Origin: the human T2T-CHM13v2.0 reference genome, Homo sapiens
Length of the DNA: 64,000 nt
Assembly (NCBI RefSeq): GCF_009914755.1
Contig: NC_060927.1
Reading direction: 5' to 3' (one strand)
A program made the translations under genes and the position numbers. The notes beneath the pieces are model-generated. The model made no database searches. It was not told the DNA's origin and saw nothing but the letters and a program-made list of their open reading frames with translations. How positions within the stretch are numbered: the stretch's first letter is position 1; each line of letters opens with the position of its first letter. Below are positions 53,642 through 64,000 of this stretch, one piece after another.

Positions 53642-54444
53642 AAATAAAATATGCCAGATACATAGTTCAGTTGTGTTACGCTATGTGAATTGTGCAAAGT
53701 TGAGAGAAAATAGAGAATACGGAAAAAACAGAGTAGTCCTTAGCCTTTTTCAGACAATTATAATATGGCCCCACTTATTCATGCTCAATCATTCATGTTC
53801 TTTCAAAAAGCAGATTACTGCCAGCTAGAGCTATTCTAAATTCTTGACCCCTAAGAGTACAGTCATGTTTTAACAATATCTCTAGCAAAGCCTCTCTCTG
53901 GGGCTTCCTACAAACTTAATTAATGCGAAAACTGTCACTTGTAAGATTGTAAGAATAATGTTAATCAAACCAACAATAGTGGAAATTCAGCTTTTACCAC
54001 CATTTGTAAAAATGTGTTTTTAAAATAATACTTGTTATATTTATATATTGAAAGTAAAACCATTACAATCATGATTATTTGAAAATACATATTTTTCACA
54101 ATGGAATTGGAGATAGCATGCTGAACATTGTTTTTTCTTTAAGAGAAAAAAAAGTATTTGCAATACTTTGTCAAATGCTATAGTTACCAAGGAAAACAGG
54201 AGATTTATGTAACTCTTAATTGAATTTTTTATTTAAATATGTCAATAAATAATGAATAATATGAAATTAATAAAAATGGCAAATGAACTTCTGAAGATCT
54301 GATGATGGCGCCAAAGTCACAAGGCTTTGTCAAAATTAAAAGCTGGAAAAATGGAATAAGCTCACGAAGTGGGAAAGGAAAGAGTGTCGAGGAGGAAAAA
54401 AACATCTAGATAGTAAAGGAAGGAAAATAGCAAAACTAGCTAAC

Positions 54445-54545
54445 CCTGATTGAGGGCTTCCTCATTTAATCCTCAGTAAGAGGCAGGAAAAAGTGGTATC
54501 CCTAGTTTATAGATGAGGAAATTGAGGTATAGATCTCACAAGTAG
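54445..54545 (-). mobile_element. MIR
   Basis: CTCATTTAATCCTCA...TTTATAGATGAGGAAATTGAGG. Confidence 0.75.
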
Positions 54546-55376
54546 CCCAGACAGGACCAAGTAGGCATCCATGGATTTCAACAATTTTCAAGGGCTACTG
54601 GCAGTCTCGGGTTATACATAAGGATCAATGTGACAAACAGACATGTGTTTATTACTGGGTCCTGATGTTGCATTGGTGATGTAAGGAAAGCCACAATAAA
54701 GTTCATGTCTTCTGAGAACATCAGAATCAACAGAACAATCTAATACTTCCCAGAGTTTAAAAAAAAATGTCCTCATTTCTTCTATGGAAAGAGCTTCTCA
54801 GAAGATTATAAATATATTGTAATAGCATCTTCCTGGTATTTTGACACACTCTTCAACATTGCTATTTTTTAAATTACTGTCTCAGCAGAGCAACAGTGTC
54901 TTTCTACAGGGCAAGCCAAGAGGTCAACTGAAGGATGGAGCTTAGAGGTGCCCAAAGTCCAGGTAGATAACAAGAGGGAAGAATCCTGGAAGTCACCTAA
55001 AGAAGGGAGGAACAGGAAGGCTATCAATGTGTTCCTAGTGAACAGAGGAGTTGCCTGAGTTGAGGCTGTTTGCTGTTATTCTCTGGCCCTGTGTGAGCAG
55101 CTTTGTAAGCTCATGTGCGAATGATTGCTCAAAGGGTAGGGCTTACTTCACAGTGACAGAGTGAACATAACCTTGAAGGGGCAAAACCAAGTCCAATCTG
55201 CTTAACACCTGGCAGAAAGTAAGTGGTATATATCTAATCTTTTTCAATACATGTGTATTGTTTAGTCTTGCGTATGGCTTCTAGTTCTTTGAGAGCTGTA
55301 TGCTACATAATCACTAATTCAACTTTATTCTTTCCACAGATATTTTAGTGTTTCCCTTAAAAGTGCTTCCAGCATG

Positions 55377-55620
55377 CAGTACTACCCAAAGGTTAGGGAC
55401 ATTTCTAGCTAAAGGTTTACTCCTGGAAGACACTTAGGCATGGCTAGAGCTGCAAGTAATTGGAGTCTGGGTAAAGACTGGGGAGTTGTTAACAGACTAT
55501 TAATACCAAATTAAGAACCCCAAGTCCTACAGGTAACCTGTAATATGCATTCTAAAGTACAGGTTTCTTTTCTTTTCTTCCCCACTCCCCAAGATCCCAA
55601 GTTGATTCTGAGAACTACTG
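55377..55620. mobile_element. MER5-like hAT-Charlie MITE
   Basis: Termini CAGTACTACCCAAA ... TGAGAACTACTG; CCCAAGTTGATTCTG. Confidence 0.5.
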
Positions 55621-56399
55621 AATTAAACATTTTTGTAGGGCAACTTGTGAGGGGTAGAGAGTAGAGAACCCTTGTAGATAGTCCCTCACGGACAATCCTT
55701 CGTGTTATACTCCTGCTGCAATCTTCTTAATCCGCTTTTTAAGGACTCGGCTGCTGTTTGAGAGACAGATGTTAAGGCTAATGATGCCAAGAAAAGTTAA
55801 AATTTCATATAACCTCTTCTTGTGAAAAAGACCCAGGGGAGTGGCTAGGGATGGGTATTTTTTCCTTCAGTCCCTGGGAAGCCATTTTACTGGAATCCTC
55901 TCAGATGTGAAGGGAGAATGAGAACTGTATTAAAAACCAGAGTATATCCCATGGTAGGGCAGCTATATCTTGGGAGGGAATGACAGAAGGCTCTTGATTT
56001 CTCTAAGTATACCTCATTAAAGTACAATTTATGCAGTGATTACTCCATGGGGCATTCAAAAAAGACTGGATAGAATATAGAATCTGGATATAGGATATAG
56101 ATATAGGATCTGTCCTTAGAAACCTTACAGTCTAGTTAAGAGGTAGCATGAGGAGCTTCTGCAGAGGTTGAATGTTAGTATCTTAGGAAAGTTACATTGG
56201 GGGTTCCTGTACTTGGAAAACGGGATAAATACCATCTAAATTTCCTTCTAACACAAAACATTATCTTCCTCAAATTTTCAAAAAATGCTTTACTGTTATC
56301 AAATTATAAAATTATGTTCTTAATTAAAGTAATAAAAGAGGAAAAAAGACAACATTTGGGTAAGTCTTATTCCACATTCCTTCCATAACAACAAGATAT

Positions 56400-56655
56400 A
56401 ATAATAAATTATTTGCATGTTTACTATAAACCAGATATTAGAGTAAATATTTTTATACATATGATCTCTTTCAATGTTTATCATAACTCTATGAGGTAAG
56501 TTTTATTGTTACCCCATTTTATAGTCACAAAATTGAGGCACAGAATAATTAAGTAATTTACTCAAAGTTACTCAACTGAAGGAAAGGGTAACATGATTTT
56601 AAATCCTGGTGGTCTGATTCCAAAGCCCACATACTGAACCACTATACTATATGGC
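56400..56655 (-). mobile_element. Near full-length MIR
   Basis: ACTCTATGAGGTAAG...CCCCATTTTATAG...TGAGGCACAGA...GTCTGATTCCAAAGCCCA. Confidence 0.9.
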
Positions 56656-57524
56656 CTAAAAATTGTTCAGTTATAGAGAACTATACATATACAGTATTCT
56701 AGCTAGGAAACATAAATTAATCTTAGTATATGTTATATTTTGGAATGTTCCCTTTTTTTTCATCCAACAGTGTACTGTGAACATTACTCCAAGTCAATAA
56801 ATATGGATCTAAATAAGCATTTTAAATTAATGCTAGTAAGAGTCTATAATTTTACACATGTCATATAAAATATTTTATTTCTTCTCTGTTACTTACATTT
56901 AATTAAATTCAATAAACACTAATAGAGAATCTGTTTGTTAGGCATGGCACTAGAAGAAATGATCTGATCATCGTTCTTAGTAGCTCTCAAGTAGCTTACA
57001 ATCTAGGGATTTCAAATCTTCCAGTCTTATTGGATACATCTCTCATTTCCTGGGTCTTATAATTAATTAGGTTTTGTAGATATTGGGTCCACTTAGGATA
57101 GCATAGACAAACAAGATAATTTTAGGAAAAGTTTAGGGATTATCTACAACCTAGTTCATCTTACCTGAGTGATGGACAGTGTATCATAGTAGCTTCTAAC
57201 ACTACGGCTATTCAACATCCTGCAGGCCAGACAATCAAGCTACATCAGAAAGAAAGGGACTAGCCTGTCAGTGAAAGACTGGGTAGTTAGGAAATCCATC
57301 ACATTTTATTGTCACATTGAATGATGATGTGTCATCTGTCATCTCTTTGTAATACTGGCACATTGGTTCACATTATTCTGTCAGTGTTTACTCACTCTAT
57401 TGTTTAAACCATTCTACCCATTTTCGCTAAATGTAGAAAAATGAATACTCTCTGCCAAGAGGAGAGTACCGCAATCACAGGGAAAGGTTGATAGTTGTCG
57501 GAGAGGTTTAATATTAAAAACCAC

Positions 57525-57760
57525 ATTAATATAGTGAAGTGAAATAGCACAGTGGTTGGAAACTTTGGTTAGGTTCCTATCCTAGCTCCTTTACTACATT
57601 TCTGGGTAAACGTAGGCTGACTTATCTACCTTTATTGTGTCCCATGGATTAGAGACAATACTGGTACATACCTAATGACAATACCTTTTTGAGGATTACA
57701 TGAATTGCCTTTAAAGCTCTTCAAACCCTGCCTAACACATAATAATTGCTCACAAAATTC
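57525..57760 (+). mobile_element. MIR
   Basis: TAGCACAGTGGTT...TCCTAGCTC...TGAGGATTACATGA. Confidence 0.7.
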
Positions 57761-60147
57761 TATCTTTAATATCTTAATCTTTAATTTGCCTCCAACATTG
57801 ACTCATTGTTTGTTTTGTCATCGTGCCCATTTCTTTTGCAAAGTATTTAAAATAGAAGAGAAAGTAATCAAAATGATAGATACTATAAAACATTTGAAAT
57901 GATTGCATTCATTTGTGTTCATCTACTCACTGAATCTTTCCACTTGGATACTTAATAATTGTAGCAAAATACATATCTGTATATTTCCCATTTTCCCTTG
58001 CAGTATTTTCCCTAATTTCTATTATTACTTTCATGTTCTCTTTATAGTTCCTGGATTTTCAACTGATCTTATTCAGATCATTGTCATTCCTCCCAGGCTC
58101 TTTCTTCCAAGGGTGGCTCTATGTGTTCCTATTTTATGTGGAACATATACTTGGTTCTGAACAAATTCTCATTTTTTATTAGGACCATGTGTTTCTCTTG
58201 CTAAATATCTTTTACCAAAATTACCATGCAACATCCAGTCTTTTCTAAGTTTGTTACATGTCCCTCCCGTACCCCACCACTCCACCTTGGGGTTAGGATG
58301 AGTGACCTTCTTATTTCTTCGTCTCTGGTGGGCTTTAAACCTACTCTCTGCATTATTATATTTGAGGTTTCCATTCTCCATTTTTGGTGATGAAATCACA
58401 CCCTAAAGGCAATATTCTGACTTTGCAATTGTTCAATGTCCAGGAGATGCTCTGGTGCCCCATCTCCTCAATCGTGGCAGCCACTAGTGGCACCAGCTCT
58501 TTATTTTCATCATCATTTAAAATTACTCCACTTCCAGAATCCCAAATCTGATATTCTCTCTCACTCTGTCATTAAGCAGATTTTGTTATATATCTACTAT
58601 ATTCAAGTTACTGTGTCAGGCACTGAATACACAATGAAAAATACAGCATGGTGTCTGCCCTGTGGAGTACCAGTCCCATCCTTTGACCCATCTTGCTTTC
58701 CCCTCTTATAGAATGTTCTTTTCATCCTCTTGTCCTCTAGTGGCTTAACCCTCATTTTTTATTCAGTCCATTGGCACAATTCTACCTGAGTTGACATAAT
58801 TGTAAACATGATTAAACATTTCAGAAATAAAAAATACCATAAATGGAGGCCCTGAGCCTTCCAACATATTTATCTTCTAATCCACCACCCTGGGTTATCC
58901 TCCTAATGGGGTTTAGGTTACAACCTCTAACCTACATGTTGTTCACAAATCTGCAAAAACATGGTTACCTAAAATATAATAATTCATTATTTGCTTTGGC
59001 AATTATATTATACATTACTTATTTGAAAGGCACAAAAGTACAGAATGAGATTAAATAATTGGCAGCATAGTATATGACTATGGCTTTATCCCAGATACAA
59101 CTTGGGGACCCCAAGCCTTAGAACTTGGGCACAGGATACAGCAGGACCTGTAGTCAGACTGACATGATTCTGAGTCATCTGGATGAATGGACTGAAGCTT
59201 CACAAATTTTCGTTCCCTAAAAAGAAAACTGTCCTAGAATTTGGCCTAGGGGAAGCTCGCAGTTTTAGGTGGGTAATTCTGAAGCTTTATCTAATCCACA
59301 CAGACCACAGAAGCTCATATCCATTTCTTTATTGCTAATTTTGGCCTAAATATATACCAGCTCTTGTTACTATGCACTGTTTCATAAAAATATGACTTGT
59401 ATTCCCGTGTAATCAGTATACTTCGGGGAGGCAGACCCTGTATTCAATGTTTCCTTTTATCCCCTCCATGTCCAGCTGTACAAAATATGAAATTAATAAA
59501 TACCTAGTGAGTGTTGGAATAAACTCGACTAACAGAATGAACACAACTGTAAATATGCTCCACTGGGTTTCATTTGTATAAATCCTTACATTATATCTCC
59601 CTTATCAGCAAGTCTATGCATTCCTGCTCATAATATATTTGAAAATATGTCATTCCTAGAGAAGAAAAAGAACTATGTACAAATTGTATGTTGAAGTGGA
59701 TGTATAATATACATAAAAACTATAAATAGCCAAGATTCACTTAGAGAAATTTGGAGAAATAATTGAGAGATAATTAATGAACTTCTCCATCATACATGCG
59801 GAGATTGTCTACATTGTGTCATTTCTGAGTTATTACTCCTTCAATATTTAGGACTCACAAAGCACTGCTTTCTCCTAATGTTCTTCTCCCCACTGTTCAC
59901 CCCAGTCCAAGGACCATTAACTATCTGTAATAGTATTATATAGCAAAAGACTATGTTTGATATCCTTGTTATCTTTTCATTTTCATCTTGTACATTTTAT
60001 CCTGAAAGCAGGTGAAAGACTAAAATAACATTTTCAAACTAGGAGAATATTTTATTCCCTGTATTTTTTCATTACCAGATGTCTCCATCACCTGGTCTCC
60101 AGTGTACCTATGGAACACAACAAGTATTCCTTCTGACCAACACTTAC

Positions 60148-60246
60148 ATCCAAGAGTTCAGTTAGTATGTACAGCTAGTACCTGCGGTGTGTTAGATAAC
60201 TTCACAATAACATTTAAATGAGCTAAATCTGACCAAATGTGATACT
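60148..60246 (-). other. Candidate 99-nt non-coding exon
   Basis: Acceptor GTTTCTTGTTCCTTTTATAG| and donor GAT|GTAAGT; stop codons in all three frames. Confidence 0.4.
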
Positions 60247-61634
60247 CTATAAAAGGAACAAGAAACAACTTAAATTCAATTTTGTCTTCAGTATACCATC
60301 TGAAAACCAAATGGCAGCCAATGCATTTTCCATATGGGCATAACGTTTTGTAATTCTTAACATATTTCATTGATTTTTGGTAAATGTGAAACTGCCATGG
60401 GAATTCCATATACTGAAGAGTATCAAGATCACGGAACTACTAGTTTCCTGCATGATATAGTCACAGCTGGCTGTAGACACATGCCAAGAAACCATCCATT
60501 GAGATCATTGTCTAGAAAACACTTAACAATTGGCGTTTGGGATATTAGCCTTGAAAATAAGACTATTTCATTGGCTACCTGAATAATAGAATACAGATGA
60601 TTATTAACATTTCAGATTATACAAACTTTAGAATTAATAAAGAAATCAGAATAGGATTCAAAGTTATCCTGAGAAATTGGAGTAGTAGTTACACACAAAT
60701 GAAAATTTCTGGGAATAAACATGAGTAATGCTGTGGTTACAAAGGAAAAATAAACTAAAGAAGAAAAACAAATAGACGAATCCAGAGTGAACATTTATTA
60801 GCCAAACAGCAATGCAGTAAAAAGTATCTATTGAAGAAATATGTACTTTGCAGCTACACAATTTAAACCAGTGTTTTTTTTTTTTTTAAAGCTGGGATGT
60901 GTGACTGGAAGGTGAGGAACTTTGACGCTCACAGTCATGCCATATACTGACTACCATCCTGCCTAGATTTCTGGCCTCTACAATAAAAGTGAGGACATTA
61001 AAATAATTTCAAAGACATGCAACTATAAGGGTAATACTTATTGAAAATATTTGAGGAAGAACTTAAGAGGTTGCTATTATTCATCCTGCAATTAAATGCA
61101 TAAATATGTAGGGTTTCAAATTGTTTTTGTTTTAACAAATGTGGTGAGAAACTGTTGTTTTCCATTTCCATAAGAAGAGAAAATAAGAAAATATTTTTAA
61201 ATTTAAGCAAGAATGATTTAAGAAAGAAGCAAATAAAATCTTTCAGAAAAAAATATTGCTGTATATTATGAAGGCCTGAGGTTTATTCTTCCATAGAAAT
61301 TGTTAAAGGCAGGAGAGATTTTCTTTTTTCTCTAGGATTGGTAAGAGTAACTTTGTTTAAAGATCTCACTGTTTGTGACCTCCAAAGGTAATGAGGACCC
61401 TAGAGAGATTTGCTCTAGGTCTATAAAAGTAATGTGGTCAGATTAATGGTCGGAGCTGAATGAGAAGCCTAAACACTTTGGACAGGAGGCTGCCAGAGAA
61501 ACAAGATGTCCTTTGACATTTTTACCTTTAGGTCACCAAGACACGAAGCAAGTGATATGCTTAGTGCTAGCAGATGATTTGAAGGTGCCAAGTGTTGATA
61601 TAGACAAGATTAAAAAGGCATCAGACAATGGGAC

Positions 61635-61998
61635 AGTCTTAGTCCATTCAGGCTGCTATAACAAAATACCACAGACTGGGTGGCTTAGAAACAACAGAAA
61701 TTTATTTCTCACAGTTTTAGAGGTGGGGAAGTTCAACATCAAGGTGCCACACACTCAGTGTCTGGTGAGGGCCCACTCTCTCATTGAGAAAGGGTCATCA
61801 CTGCCTGTTAACCTCTCATGGTGCAAGGAACAAGGGAGCTCCCTCATGCCTCTTTTATAAGAATATTAATTTCATTCATGAGGACTCTGTCTTCATGCCT
61901 AATCACATTCCAAGGCTCCACTTCCTAATACTATCATTTTTGGGGGTAGGATTTCTACATATTAATTTTTGGGAAACACAAACATTGAGTCCACAGCA
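61635..61998 (-). mobile_element. MLT1A-type solo LTR
   Basis: GTCTTAGTCCATTCAGGCTGCTATAACAAAATACCACAGACTGGGTGGCTT...ACACAAACATTGAGTCCACAGCA. Confidence 0.92.
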
Positions 61999-62459
61999 GA
62001 GCAATAAATCATCCCGTACCTGCAGAGCCAAATGTGGTGTACTGAGTTTCCTCCATCCTGATAAAGTAAAGGATGACATAGGGAAATGATGGCTACCAGT
62101 AGTTGACAAATACTAAGCGATTGACATCTTGCCTGGTGCCATTGACAGCTGATTTTTTCTCTAGGGAACCCTAACTAAGGTTGGCAATTAAAACTGGTGA
62201 AAAGCAATGGAACTTGGGAGACCCTGTCCCCAAACTCCTCCTTCTTCTCTTTCCTTTGTGGGCACACTATAGAGGTTAAAAAGATCCTTACTTTATGTTA
62301 GGAGGTACATTGTGAACAAACATAGTGTACTTGTCATGATCAAAACTTGTAACACACAAGTTTTCTGAACTTCACTGGAAGGTTATACGCTATTAAGTCA
62401 TATCCATACTGGCTTGTAAGCGTGATAAATATGCACATTTATCAGGTGCAAGCTAATAA

Positions 62460-62760
62460 AAAGTTTTCCAAATAGGAGTTGCAACCTGTGATGGAATTAA
62501 TACAGAGAGTTATTCAGTTTTCAAATAATGGAATGGAATGAAGTAGAATACAATGTAATGAAAAGAATACAATAGAATAGAGTATAATAGAAATCCCAAG
62601 TAGAAAGGCTATGTATTATTTTGTAAAACTGTTGTTTCAGTTATTTATTTGTATTGGGAGGGATGTGGATGTACGTGTGAATATGCACAAATACAGTGGG
62701 TCACAATATAAAATACATTTCTTACTATGAATTCTGCTATGCAATTTGAAATCTACTGTC
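62460..62760. mobile_element. hAT-Charlie non-autonomous element with internal (AATAG/AATGG)n tract
   Basis: End GGGTCACAATATAAAATACATTTCTTACT...TTTGAAATCTACTG. Confidence 0.55.
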
Positions 62761-64000
62761 GTAAGATATTATCAGGGTCTCCAAATTAACAGGTTGTCTC
62801 TGAGCCTATGCAACACTAAACAGCTGTGGGAATAAAGAAATCATCAAACATCAGATGTTTCTAAGACATTTGGACACTTAACAGCATGTTGACAAAACAT
62901 CTGAATGTCTAATTGTCTACTCCTCTTCTCTTCTAGATGTTTACTTTAATAAAACATAGCCATGAGTTGTGGCTCAGAGGTGTCAATCCTAACAACAATT
63001 TCATTTATATTCTTAAATTACAAAGTATGCTCATCAAATATCCTAAACTATTAAATGATTTTATTCCTGCAAGTAAAAGAGAATAAAACATGAATTAAAA
63101 GAAAAATTTTAGCAAATGAATTTGTTAAAGTCAAAGAGAAGTTCAATGCACATATAACCACAAGTTAAACTAATATGTGCAATGGAATATCATTTATAAA
63201 TGAAGCTAATACTCTGATGTGCAAGATACAGAAACTGAGGAGAAATTACTTGATTCCTCTCAGTATCCGTTACATTTTATCATAGCAGTGTCTAGTTGTA
63301 GTCTTTCCCATATTAAGCTATATGAAACCATGTCAATGTACGACTTAAGATCACCCTGAGTTCTAGAGAAGGACATACTGAGAAGTGAGTTCATTGCTAA
63401 TGATTTGACAAATCACTGGTGGAGAACTGTTTTTCTGCCTGAAAATTTCTTTTGGTATGTAATAATTTCAACAAAGAAGCAGGCTATTAATGGAAAAAAT
63501 AAATATTCTCAAAAAGTCATTGTCTAAGTTTTAATGGTGCTTTCCTTCAAAATTCCTAATAAAATTTGGAAAGACAATAAAACTTCTTTTCCTTCTGATT
63601 CTCATGAATTCAGCCTGTAATCTAGTGAAATTGCAATTTATTAAATAAGGTGTCATAAATAATTTGTGAATATTGAATCAATAAGAGAATAACTTCTCTG
63701 CTCAGGCCCTGTGGTACAGATTGTATGCATTTCTTTTTCCTAGTGGTTCAAAGTGATTGTGAGAAGAGGTTGCACTGTCCTAGGAATTCCCACTGGCATT
63801 CTAGAACAAATCAGTGAAGCAAGCATGATGCTCAGCAAAGAACACATTTGACTAATTTAGAAGTTTCATCTTGGAGACTCTTGTTAAGCTACGTCTCTTG
63901 ATAAGCTGTGAAATGCCAGAACTGAACAAATACAAAAACAAGAACAACAAGAAAAGTGAAGTAGTCACCACTGCTGTCTAAGCCTGATTTTTAGACCTAG

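Noticed and set aside
62528-62592. GGAAT-like tract suggesting human satellite III
   Set aside because: Only a few degenerate pentamers inside a DNA-transposon remnant.

Overview
AT-rich, strongly CpG-depleted primate (very likely human) non-coding DNA, either intronic or intergenic. I see no recognisable protein-coding gene, tRNA, rRNA, CRISPR array or CpG island; the ORF track is explained by chance ORFs, Alu/L1/LTR-derived ORFs and microsatellites. The window is a patchwork of transposon fossils (4 full-length Alus, a 5'-truncated L1PA 3' end, THE1/MLT1/ERV1 solo LTRs, hAT-Charlie elements, many MIR and L2 fragments) plus simple repeats. Subfamily names are from recalled consensus sequences, not a database search, and boundaries of old elements are approximate. 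The most unusual structures are a 5'-inverted, twin-priming-type Alu with TSD (53.5 kb), a 71-bp local duplication inside a minisatellite that flips orientation (7.6-8.5 kb), a 20-bp copy of the local THE1 LTR 648 bp downstream (45.6 kb), a ~14-nt+poly(A) micro-insertion with a 21-bp TSD (4.8 kb), nested inverted repeats (32.6 kb) and several minus-strand exon candidates that could belong to a spliced lncRNA or micropeptide transcript. I found no convincing new multi-gene system.
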